From Candidatus Dojkabacteria bacterium (GTDB lineage Bacteria > Patescibacteriota > Dojkabacteria > J137): 58,889 nucleotides of DNA. Positions 16,934 to 25,909 of the stretch are shown one piece after another. The notes beneath the pieces were generated by a model. The model did not search any database, was not told where the DNA came from, and saw only the letters and a list, made by a program, of their open reading frames with translations. Within the stretch, counting starts at the first letter, position 1. Each line of letters begins with the position of its first letter. A program made the position numbers and the translations under genes. The stretch lies in NCBI GenBank assembly GCA_937944235.1, contig CALDYZ010000039.1, forward strand, positions 1 through 58,889, in the 5' to 3' direction.

Positions 16934-19900
16934 ATGACAAAAATAAGATTAAAAAAAATAAACAGCTTATCATCAATAGAAGATAGAATAGAGATAGCAA
17001 AAAAAAATTTAGAAAAACATAAAAGCAAAATTTTTAAAAAAAATTACAAAAGAAGTTTGTTAATAAAGTTCAGAAATGTAGCACTTACGATACTTTCGGT
17101 AATAGCGTTATCTGGTATTATTGGAGCTTCTTTATTCTTTAACTATTTAAATGGTTTAACTGACAAGTTGCCTAATCCAAAAACAATTTTTCCTCACATC
17201 CCCATAGCCTCTGAAATTTTTGATAGGAGAGCTATCGAAAATGACGAATCGGGCACTAGGTTGTATAGATTAATAGGTAACCAAAACTCTGACGATTTTA
17301 GTATAGGTGAAATTCCAGACAAGGTCAAACTAGCATTTCTAGCTGCCGAAGATAAAGACTTTTTTATTCATAATGGTTTTAATTTGAGTGCAATTATAAG
17401 ATGTGCTTTTTTAAATCTGGTGCACAAAGAGCAAGGATGTGGAGGAAGTACCATAACTCAACAACTAGTAAAATTAACAACAAAAAAAGCCTCGCCTACA
17501 GTAGAAAGAAAAATTGAAGAATTATTGCTAGCTTTAAAAATAGAACAAACCTATACCAAGAACGAAATATTGGAAATGTATCTTAAAATAGCACCGTTTG
17601 GTTCATCTATATTAGGCTTAAAAACTGCCGCTAATTTTTACTTTGGTCTAGAGCCCAAAGATCTGAACTTGGCCCAAGCGGCAGTATTGGCTGCGATAAT
17701 ACAAAATCCGAACTATTTGTCACCTACTGTACCTATTGATCAAAATATTATGAGATCAAGAAATGATGTTAATGAAAGAAAAAAATATATATTTACTCAA
17801 CTCAAAATAAATTTAAATAAATTTAATGAGGATCTAAGACGTATTAGTAACGATACTGAAATGGATAATGTCTTAGAAGAGCAAGATATTCTAGAAGCAG
17901 AATCATTTGACTGGATTAGCACCTTAAAGCCTCCCATAATTACAGATATAAAGGCAGGTCATTTTGTTAACTTTGTACTTAATCAATTAAGGTCTCGCAA
18001 CTATAAGAATTATACAGAACCATTTACTCTGGAAGAATTACAATCCGAAGGTTATAAAATATACACAACTTTGGATTACGAAATACAAAAAATAGCAGAA
18101 GATAAAGCTTTTGTTGGTGGTACGTCTTTCCCTCATTGGAATGTAAAAAACGCCGCATTAATGACTATAATCCCAAAAACCGGACAAGTGCTTGCATGGG
18201 TAGGTTCAAAAAGCTTCGTAGGTGAAGATGAAGGTTGTGATTCTAGAGGCCTTAACTGTGCTTATAATCCTCAAGTAGACGTTTTACAAAGTCTACAAGA
18301 ACCTGGATCTTCTAATAAGCCTTTGGGATATTATCTAGCATACAAAGAAGGCTTGTTGTATCCAGGTAGTCTTCTTCCAGATGTTCCCATAAAGATAAGA
18401 GACATCAATGGTAATTATTACGAACCTAAAAATTGGAATAATACTTTCAATGGTGTATTTTATACTGCTAAAAGTGCATTAGTACAGTCTAGAAACATCC
18501 CAGCAATTCTTGTCATCAGGATGGTAGGGGTAAACAACTACATTAAAACTTTCAGAGAATTTGGATATACTACAGCAACAGGACAATATGGAGAAGCAGC
18601 TATATTAGGTGGAATTTCAGTGTATCCATGGGAACATGCTCAAGCCTATAGTGTCTTCGCAAATGGAGGAGAATTGACTTACATAGATCCGATATTACTG
18701 ATTAAAGATAGACATGGGAATATAGTTTATGAATCTAAACCTGTGACCAAAAAAGTTGCAGATGAAAGGGCAGTGTATTTATTAAATGACACTATAAGGA
18801 ATTATGATGGATATTCTGATAGAGGAAGAGATATGGCAGGTAAAACTGGCACAACAGAAAATAGTATGGACGCTTGGTATATTGGGTATTCACCAGATTT
18901 TGTCACAGTATGTTGGGCAGGTAACAATAACAACTCTCCTATGGATCAAAATAGAGGTTTTCCTTTCTATGTTGTTCATCCATGGTGCAAAGAGTATTTT
19001 AATGAAATCGGAAACTCACCTTACATGATAAACAAAACACCCTTTCGTAGACCAGCCGGTGTAATTTACGGAGGGAATAAGTGTAATTCTGAAGGAGAAT
19101 GTGTAGGAATTGAGCCCGGCTATATGATAGATGGTCTAAATTTAAAACCCGATAAAAAATTGGTCAAAGTAAGTGTCTGCTCTGACCAACAAAATAAAAA
19201 AGCTAGGCCAATAGATATACTTATGGATTTACATGTTGAAAAAGAATTTCCATATTTCGTAATGCCTGATGAAGCTTTACAACCGCAATTAGATGATTAC
19301 ATGTTAGCAAAGCACAAAGAGAAACCAAATGAATTTTTTCCAAATGGAGGACCAAACGAAGAATGTGATATTAAAAGAAATACCAGTGTAGCGAGTGGTC
19401 CGTTTTTTTTGATTAAAACACCAATTAACAACGTCTCAATTTATGAAAAAACCGTTAGATTATTAGGAGGAATATTTGTTGAAGATTCAAACCTAGTATC
19501 GGCGAAAGTGTATTTAAATGATTCTTTCCTGCCAGGATGCATAATAAGCAATTTTAACAGTTTTGATGTTACATGTGATTTAAGTTCGATTATTTTAGAC
19601 AACGGATTGTATGATTTAAAAATTACAGCAACAGACGCCCTAAATAGAACAAATTCTGTAAATATTAATATTATTTACAACTCAATAACCAGCAATAACT
19701 TTATATTCAATATATTACCACCTACAAATTTGATAATCGGTAACAATTTAGGTAGTGGATGTATCAATCCACCTTGTGCCTATGACATTCAGGTGAGTTA
19801 TACAGGAATGCTTAGTCTTAGTGTAGTTGACTTATTTGTTAATATAAACGGATCCAATGTTAAGATAGGTAACATGAACGTTTCAGGAAGTACTTTCACT

Positions 19901-20041
19901 TATTTAAATTGGGGGGGAGAAATCACAAGTCTGATTAGTGCCACTGAAGATAACTATAAATTTTTCGTAAAAGCAAAAACATCAAGTAACATTCAAATTA
20001 TGTCTAATGATTCCATCAATATAAAAGTTACTTCAATTTGA
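16934..20041 (+). CDS. Class A penicillin-binding protein (GT51 glycosyltransferase plus transpeptidase) with a long C-terminal extension
   Basis: The track ORF starts at TTG 16928 and the first ATG is at 16934. The GT51 motifs AAEDKDFFIHNGF and GGSTITQQLVK are present. The transpeptidase motifs SSNKP, SRN and KTGT are present. About 340 aa follow the transpeptidase module. Confidence 0.9.
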   Translation: MTKIRLKKINSLSSIEDRIEIAKKNLEKHKSKIFKKNYKRSLLIKFRNVALTILSVIALSGIIGASLFFNYLNGLTDKLPNPKTIFPHIPIASEIFDRRAIENDESGTRLYRLIGNQNSDDFSIGEIPDKVKLAFLAAEDKDFFIHNGFNLSAIIRCAFLNLVHKEQGCGGSTITQQLVKLTTKKASPTVERKIEELLLALKIEQTYTKNEILEMYLKIAPFGSSILGLKTAANFYFGLEPKDLNLAQAAVLAAIIQNPNYLSPTVPIDQNIMRSRNDVNERKKYIFTQLKINLNKFNEDLRRISNDTEMDNVLEEQDILEAESFDWISTLKPPIITDIKAGHFVNFVLNQLRSRNYKNYTEPFTLEELQSEGYKIYTTLDYEIQKIAEDKAFVGGTSFPHWNVKNAALMTIIPKTGQVLAWVGSKSFVGEDEGCDSRGLNCAYNPQVDVLQSLQEPGSSNKPLGYYLAYKEGLLYPGSLLPDVPIKIRDINGNYYEPKNWNNTFNGVFYTAKSALVQSRNIPAILVIRMVGVNNYIKTFREFGYTTATGQYGEAAILGGISVYPWEHAQAYSVFANGGELTYIDPILLIKDRHGNIVYESKPVTKKVADERAVYLLNDTIRNYDGYSDRGRDMAGKTGTTENSMDAWYIGYSPDFVTVCWAGNNNNSPMDQNRGFPFYVVHPWCKEYFNEIGNSPYMINKTPFRRPAGVIYGGNKCNSEGECVGIEPGYMIDGLNLKPDKKLVKVSVCSDQQNKKARPIDILMDLHVEKEFPYFVMPDEALQPQLDDYMLAKHKEKPNEFFPNGGPNEECDIKRNTSVASGPFFLIKTPINNVSIYEKTVRLLGGIFVEDSNLVSAKVYLNDSFLPGCIISNFNSFDVTCDLSSIILDNGLYDLKITATDALNRTNSVNINIIYNSITSNNFIFNILPPTNLIIGNNLGSGCINPPCAYDIQVSYTGMLSLSVVDLFVNINGSNVKIGNMNVSGSTFTYLNWGGEITSLISATEDNYKFFVKAKTSSNIQIMSNDSINIKVTSI

Positions 20042-20672
20042 GTAAAAACTTCTCAACTGAAGATGGTAATATTATTGCGCTGTAGTCAACATCATCTACA
20101 CTGAAATCCTTTTGAACTAATCCAAAACTAAACCTTGAAATCGTCAATTTTAGATTCCATCTGGATATTGATACATTACTCTGAGAGAGCTCCATGTCTC
20201 TAATAATAATTATTTGATCATACTTCTCTAAAGTGTCTATGAAATTAACCAAATTATTTAGACCTCCCTCTAGCACTAATTGAAAAGATGTTTCTCGTAA
20301 AGAAAAAATATCGTGCATATTATTTGTCTGTATACTTGACTCATTAAACTTTTCATTTAAAAACTTAATATCTAGTCTACTAGCAATAGATAGCAGGTTA
20401 TCTCTAAATTTGAGCAATTCACTTTGAGTTTCTTTAGCTGATATATCTATAGCCTTATTGATCGCATTATATTTACTGAAATTAATAGAATCTGCTTTTA
20501 TGGAACCTATATTTCTTTTTATATAACTAACTGATTCATTTAAAACTATTAACTCATTATATTTATCAAAAATGCTTATAACTTTAGGTATTATAAACAC
20601 AAAAAAAATAAAGCTGGCCAAAAAAATAATGAGTAAAGTCTGTAAAGATGGTATTACACTAATTTTCATCAT
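20028..20672 (-). CDS. PilO-like type IV pilus assembly protein (bitopic)
   Basis: 214 aa. It has a single N-terminal TM segment (LLIIFLASFIFFVFIIP) and then a coiled-coil-like region. It is the last gene of the pilM-pilN-x operon, so the call is positional. Confidence 0.45.
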   Translation of the reverse strand: MMKISVIPSLQTLLIIFLASFIFFVFIIPKVISIFDKYNELIVLNESVSYIKRNIGSIKADSINFSKYNAINKAIDISAKETQSELLKFRDNLLSIASRLDIKFLNEKFNESSIQTNNMHDIFSLRETSFQLVLEGGLNNLVNFIDTLEKYDQIIIIRDMELSQSNVSISRWNLKLTISRFSFGLVQKDFSVDDVDYSAIILPSSVEKFLLKLK

Positions 20673-21246
20673 TAAGAAATATCCTTAACACTATAGAATA
20701 TTTATTCTCTTTGTCATTGAAAGTGACATTCCTCACAAAAACATCTTTAACATCTTTATCTGATAATAATATTTTTTTAATTTGATTAATATCAATGTTG
20801 TTAACAAACATTATTACCCCTAGACTACCATCTGATTCGCGAGAATATGATGATATTTGAATATCACCAACATAGTTATCCACCAAACGATTAGCTTTTT
20901 TTATCAGTTTAGTTAAATTTATATCAAAATCTACAAAAGGATTTAAAACATCCATTTTTGTCTTTAAATTTTTTTTCAATATTATCATGTCTTTTTGTGA
21001 ATTTATTTCATTCTTTAAATTTTTAATCTCATTCTTAACAATATCTAACCTGCTATTTAACACAAAAATCTCCAAATAAGTTAAAATTACGGCTATCACG
21101 GCAAAAATCAATAATAATAAAATTCCTTGTAAAAGAGAGAAAAATTTAACATTTTTAACTCTTTCTTGATCTATAAAGGTCTTGTGTAATAAATTAAAAT
21201 GAAATCTTTCCATAAGTAGTTGTTTATCTTTGCTTAATACTTGCAC
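20659..21246 (-). CDS. pilN: PilN-like type IV pilus assembly protein
   Basis: 195 aa. An FNLL motif near the N-terminus is followed by a TM segment (LLLLIFAVIAVILTYL) and a coiled coil. It lies immediately downstream of pilM. Confidence 0.55.
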   Translation of the reverse strand: MQVLSKDKQLLMERFHFNLLHKTFIDQERVKNVKFFSLLQGILLLLIFAVIAVILTYLEIFVLNSRLDIVKNEIKNLKNEINSQKDMIILKKNLKTKMDVLNPFVDFDINLTKLIKKANRLVDNYVGDIQISSYSRESDGSLGVIMFVNNIDINQIKKILLSDKDVKDVFVRNVTFNDKENKYSIVLRIFLNDEN

Positions 21247-22252
21247 CTATGGCAGATGCAAATTTAAATATATTGACTCTTGAAAGTATTTCTTTCTGAA
21301 TTATCGGTTTTATCTTAATATTTTTTGTTGGATCACCTCTAACTATTAATAAGTTTGTTGTTTGAGACAAATAAGTATCTAAACCTTTTAGCATAGCTCC
21401 TCCTCCTAGTAAAAAACCTATTTTTAGGTAACTTAATTGACCAAATTTGTCTTTATGATATGCTATAAGTTTCATAATCTCAGCTAATATTATATCCACA
21501 ACAGGTTTTATTGAACTCGCAATTTTACCTTCATATAACGAGAAATCAAAGCCATTGTTGATTTTTAATATTTCAGCTTGTTCAACTTCAATGCCAAAGT
21601 CAGCAGATATTAGTTTAGTCATAGATCTACTACCAACTGCAATCATCTGTGAATATATCACTCCCATGCTTGTGTTTAAACTTATATTTGTAGAGTTGCC
21701 ACCTATATCTATTGATAAAAAACATTCATTATTTAAGGGTTTCATATTAAACATCAAAACTCGGTGATTAGATATCGATTCTGTCTCTATGGCTAGCAAA
21801 TTTAAACCTAAACTTTTAAAATAATTCAAATATTTTAATGCGAGATCTTTATCTATTGACGCAACATAATAAGATATTTTTTTAGCTGATTGATTATCAA
21901 AAACAGGAATATACGTAATATTTTGAGACTCTATATCAACAGGTATTAGAGACTTATATGAATAGTATATCGCATCTTCAATTTCTTTATCTGATAGATA
22001 AGGTAAAGTAACAACCCTAGTTAACACTTTATCCTCAGGTATACTTAAAACAACACTCTTTGAACTGAGATTTAACTTATTGATATTTGTTACAAAATAT
22101 TTTGGATCACAATTAAATAAATCATCTATAACATGTCCATCCCTAAACAGCGAAAACGATCCCAACGACTCAAGTTCATAATGTTCTTGTGAACTTGTAA
22201 CAGCTGCTACTTTGACTTGAGAACTAGATATATTTACCCCAAAAAATTTCAT
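21224..22252 (-). CDS. pilM: PilM, actin-like ATPase-fold pilus assembly protein
   Basis: 342 aa. It has an N-terminal GVNISSSQVKVA phosphate-1-like motif, an internal DIGGNSTNIS, and a C-terminal LGGGAMLKGLDTYL. Confidence 0.75.
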   Translation of the reverse strand: MKFFGVNISSSQVKVAAVTSSQEHYELESLGSFSLFRDGHVIDDLFNCDPKYFVTNINKLNLSSKSVVLSIPEDKVLTRVVTLPYLSDKEIEDAIYYSYKSLIPVDIESQNITYIPVFDNQSAKKISYYVASIDKDLALKYLNYFKSLGLNLLAIETESISNHRVLMFNMKPLNNECFLSIDIGGNSTNISLNTSMGVIYSQMIAVGSRSMTKLISADFGIEVEQAEILKINNGFDFSLYEGKIASSIKPVVDIILAEIMKLIAYHKDKFGQLSYLKIGFLLGGGAMLKGLDTYLSQTTNLLIVRGDPTKNIKIKPIIQKEILSRVNIFKFASAIGASIKQR

Positions 22253-22274
22253 ATATTCAATTTACAATAATCGT

Positions 22275-23171
22275 TTATATACCACCTTCCAAGAAAATAT
22301 TATAAAAGAAAATATTTTCAAATTGATAATTTAACGGCATTTGAGTAGATAAAGTTATAACAGGCGTATCTATATTATTATCTATAAATTGCAATTTGAC
22401 TTTTATATCTCTTATTTGGTAGGGTAACATGGCATTATTTTCAGCAAATAAATTGAATCTAGCTGTGCGCACATTATCAATATTTGATCTAGGTATTACA
22501 AGTAGAAACTTTGGTGATACCTGATCAATATTGAATCCATTCTGCATAAATAAGTCAGTGACATTTAACTTGAAAGTTTTTAGTGCGTTATTTCGAGGAG
22601 AGTCAAAAATATCGAAAAACTCTAAATTATTAACAGATAACACATGATTATTGTCATCGAACAAAGTAGATAATCTATTTTTGGTTCTATTTATAAAATC
22701 ATCAAATATTATTGAGAATTCAATAGCAATATCAGAATAAAGATCCATGATAAAATCACTTTTATAACCATTTAAATACATAATATAAGACTCATCTCTT
22801 TGTAATGAAAACAAGTTCAGAGATTTTGTATCTTCTATTTCAGTAAATATTTTTGCTGATTTATTTTTTACAGACACCTCGGTTTCACATAAATATTTTC
22901 TTTTGTCGATTAAACTCAAACAAAAACCATCATTTTCTAGTGAGGACAAATCAATACTGTTTCTCAATCTATCTACATAATTTCTGAGAGCTCCTTCTGC
23001 ATAAATCATACCTTGATTGTATAAAGCATTATAAACAATAGTTTTTCCTGAATTTGAAACTATAAACATAACATAGAATATTAAAGTAGACAAAAAAGAG
23101 ATGACTAAAATCGTAATCACAAGAGCTTGGGCATTCGCTTGTTGTAACAACATAATTCTAAATTTGTTCAT
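22275..23171 (-). CDS. Hypothetical pilus-locus protein with an N-terminal TM segment (PilX_N-like)
   Basis: The track ORF starts at TTG 23213. ATG 23171 gives MNKFRIMLLQQANAQALVITILVISFLSTLIFYV. I recognise no other motif. It sits between the minor pilins and pilM. Confidence 0.4.
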   Translation of the reverse strand: MNKFRIMLLQQANAQALVITILVISFLSTLIFYVMFIVSNSGKTIVYNALYNQGMIYAEGALRNYVDRLRNSIDLSSLENDGFCLSLIDKRKYLCETEVSVKNKSAKIFTEIEDTKSLNLFSLQRDESYIMYLNGYKSDFIMDLYSDIAIEFSIIFDDFINRTKNRLSTLFDDNNHVLSVNNLEFFDIFDSPRNNALKTFKLNVTDLFMQNGFNIDQVSPKFLLVIPRSNIDNVRTARFNLFAENNAMLPYQIRDIKVKLQFIDNNIDTPVITLSTQMPLNYQFENIFFYNIFLEGGI

Positions 23172-23176
23172 ATTAT

Positions 23177-23710
23177 CTAAAATATTCTCTCTAAAATTAC
23201 AATTTGAGCCCAAGATTGATTCATATCAAGACCTATTGAATCAAAAAAATTTTTCTTTGAAGGTTCGTATAGTATGGTGATATACAAATAGTACCCCCCA
23301 TTAAGAACATACCTCTTATAAAAATTTAACTCAAAAACATTTATATTAGCACCCAGTTTATTCACTAAGTAGTTTTGTCCATCTTTAATCTCAAATTTAC
23401 AAATTTTTTGATCACATAGCTTCCATTCGTACAAGTTATTATCTTTAAAAAATGAACAGGTACCGCTAATATTGCAATTAGATAACACATCAGCGTTTTT
23501 AAAATCATAATCTAACACGGAATTTATCACAGATATCTCATTTTCTATGAAATTAATATCAACAATAGCTTTTGTTATTTTTATTGATTGTATTACTATA
23601 TTAAACAACATAACTAATAACATAGCTATTATGCTTATACTTATAATTACCTCCACAAATGAATATGCTTCTTTAAGAGTAAAAAAAACCTTTATTTTTA
23701 TTTTAGTCAT
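23177..23710 (-). CDS. Minor (pseudo)pilin-like protein
   Basis: 177 aa. The leader plus hydrophobic helix read MTKIKIKVFFTLKEA/YSFVEVIISISIIAMLLV, with Glu at +5 relative to the proposed Ala(-1) cleavage site. Confidence 0.55.
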   Translation of the reverse strand: MTKIKIKVFFTLKEAYSFVEVIISISIIAMLLVMLFNIVIQSIKITKAIVDINFIENEISVINSVLDYDFKNADVLSNCNISGTCSFFKDNNLYEWKLCDQKICKFEIKDGQNYLVNKLGANINVFELNFYKRYVLNGGYYLYITILYEPSKKNFFDSIGLDMNQSWAQIVILERIF

Positions 23711-24234
23711 ATTCGTAAATAATATATAACACTTTGAGCTTCTTCAATTTTCATATTGTGTTTCATACTATAAATTTTTAGTACAAAATTATTATTGAGC
23801 TCATCTTTACTTATGAATTCTATTAAAACACAAGCTAGAGAGAACACATATTTACTTTTCTCACAAACGTATTGCGAACCCTCTGTTGTAATACGATTCA
23901 AGTAGACCTTATTGCTTGTATCGAAGTCTTCTGAATCTGCAAAGACCTCAAAAAAAATATTTAACTGATTATTAACGGGAATATCGCTAATTGTAAAATT
24001 ATCAATAAATTGAAAATTTTTTGCTGTTAAAATATCCAACATAGATATAATAACCCTATTGCTTTGAGATATCATTTCATATTTTTTCAATTCCAGGATA
24101 CCTTGATTTAATATGTTGACACCTCCTAGTATCGTGATTGATAACACAAGCATGATCATTAGAGCTTCTATTAGTGAGCTGGCCCGTAGGTTGTGCCCGA
24201 AGTGCCTAGATGTAAAATTAATAAAGTTTTTCAT
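23707..24234 (-). CDS. Minor (pseudo)pilin-like protein
   Basis: 175 aa. The N-terminus reads ...HNLRA/SSLIEALMIMLVLSITIL, with Glu at +5. Confidence 0.5.
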   Translation of the reverse strand: MKNFINFTSRHFGHNLRASSLIEALMIMLVLSITILGGVNILNQGILELKKYEMISQSNRVIISMLDILTAKNFQFIDNFTISDIPVNNQLNIFFEVFADSEDFDTSNKVYLNRITTEGSQYVCEKSKYVFSLACVLIEFISKDELNNNFVLKIYSMKHNMKIEEAQSVIYYLRI

Positions 24235-24742
24235 AGGTTATTTCAGATGTTAATAGATTAATCTTAATAATACCTAAAACAAGTTTATTTACAGAATTCT
24301 TCATTTGAATATCACAGTAACCCTGATTCATTATATTCCCGTACATATATGCGCTAGCACCTAACAACCTAAAATTCTGAATTTGATAGCCCACACCCTT
24401 ACATTGATTTGATACGAAATTATAATCAACATTATTAAAAAAAACATTTACATTATTTTCATTACAAGATAATTGTCCACTTGAAATCAAGCATGAGGTG
24501 ATGGCTAATTTATTATCTCTTGTAAATATAAACCACGCTGAAGCACTTTGATTATTTTGTGATACGTTATACAAAGAATATGATCTTATGTCATACAATT
24601 TTTGTAAAAAAAAATCTACAGCCATACTGTATTCAATGGATGATTTTAAGTTATTTAAGCCATTAAAAGTAAACAAACCCACACTAGCAATTATGCCTAA
24701 AATTACTATTAATTCTATAATAGAGAAAGCTAGTTTATTCAT
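24218..24742 (-). CDS. Minor pilin-like protein (FimT/GspH-like size)
   Basis: 174 aa. The N-terminus reads MNKLA/FSIIELIVILGIIASVGLF, a class III signal-like sequence with Glu at +5. Confidence 0.6.
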   Translation of the reverse strand: MNKLAFSIIELIVILGIIASVGLFTFNGLNNLKSSIEYSMAVDFFLQKLYDIRSYSLYNVSQNNQSASAWFIFTRDNKLAITSCLISSGQLSCNENNVNVFFNNVDYNFVSNQCKGVGYQIQNFRLLGASAYMYGNIMNQGYCDIQMKNSVNKLVLGIIKINLLTSEITYEKLY

Positions 24743-25428
24743 GGATAAGCTACCAATAAAAATTCTTTGCCTAATATTAAGTATACAAGCACACCAGTAT
24801 AAATCACTGGTACAAACGGTACTGCTGTTTTAAGATTTAAATTTCTTTGTAAAAAAATTTTATAAATCAATATGAACAACAAACATATCGCAGTTCCATA
24901 TATAATAATACTTAATATTCCAATTAAACCAAATATTGAGGATAAAATACCAACTAAATCTGCATCTCCTTCACCTATTCCTTTTTTATCGGTAATAAAA
25001 ATCAAGAATCTAACTAAAAAGTACATTACAAATCCAGTTACAGCATTCTCTAAAACATTTGTAGAAAATACGTTTGATGAACTAATCAAATTAAAATAAA
25101 TCAAAATGTTTATAAGCGCTGATGTCAAAGATAATATTAAAACTACTGTAGTCGGTATTTTCATTAAATAGACGTCTATATTGCTTAAAAAAAGTAGCAA
25201 ATTAATGACCAAAATAACTAAATTTAGTTCTAAATCAAACTCTACATATTTTAAAAATAAAGACAAAATTACATATATAGTAAAAAAAAACAATGCAGCC
25301 GACAAAGCAAATTTATTTATAGATCTAAAATACTCATCAAAATTGCTCTTTAGTGATATCTTAACGAAAACAAAACTTATCAGATAGACTATCGATAAGA
25401 ATATTAAAGGAGGAAAAAAATGTATCAT
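24739..25428 (-). CDS. pilD: Prepilin peptidase (A24 family), short form without the Cys-rich N-terminal domain
   Basis: 229 aa, polytopic. Candidate catalytic Asp motifs are NIDVYLMKIP and GIGEGDADLVG. There are no CxxC pairs. Confidence 0.75.
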   Translation of the reverse strand: MIHFFPPLIFLSIVYLISFVFVKISLKSNFDEYFRSINKFALSAALFFFTIYVILSLFLKYVEFDLELNLVILVINLLLFLSNIDVYLMKIPTTVVLILSLTSALINILIYFNLISSSNVFSTNVLENAVTGFVMYFLVRFLIFITDKKGIGEGDADLVGILSSIFGLIGILSIIIYGTAICLLFILIYKIFLQRNLNLKTAVPFVPVIYTGVLVYLILGKEFLLVAYP

Positions 25429-25431
25429 TAC

Positions 25432-25890
25432 CTATAAGCCTGAGTCCGAACAAGTACTCAAACTACCGGGCACTTTACTGTTAGTAAAATATTTCCAAGA
25501 GCCGTCTTCCAACTGTACACCCACCCAATACTCTGCACCAGTAGATGAATAACAATAGTTGGTGAAAGAGCCATTAGTATTACCCAACGGAGAAGACGGA
25601 TTCTGACGTTTCAGGGGAGGTAATAATTTAATTACCACATCACTTCTGAAAACTATCTGATCTTCTCCCCCTGAACCTGTTACATATGTCAAATTCAACG
25701 GGTAAACACCTGTACTAACGTATATCGCAGTCAATGATTTATTTATATTATTTAATAGATCAACTCTTTGAGTATTTCTAGTTGTTTGCTGCACTATATT
25801 TATACCAACTAAAGACATACCCATCAGAATGGATATTACACCCATACCAACCAATAACTCAATTAATGTAAATGCACCTTTGTACCTCAT
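25432..25890 (-). CDS. pilA: Type IV major pilin
   Basis: 152 aa. The N-terminus is MRYKGAFTLIELLVGMGVISILMG. Two C-terminal Cys residues could form a D-region disulfide. Local GC is visibly higher than in neighbouring genes. Confidence 0.85.
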   Translation of the reverse strand: MRYKGAFTLIELLVGMGVISILMGMSLVGINIVQQTTRNTQRVDLLNNINKSLTAIYVSTGVYPLNLTYVTGSGGEDQIVFRSDVVIKLLPPLKRQNPSSPLGNTNGSFTNYCYSSTGAEYWVGVQLEDGSWKYFTNSKVPGSLSTCSDSGL

Positions 25891-25909
25891 AAAAAAAATT
25901 AAAAATTAA

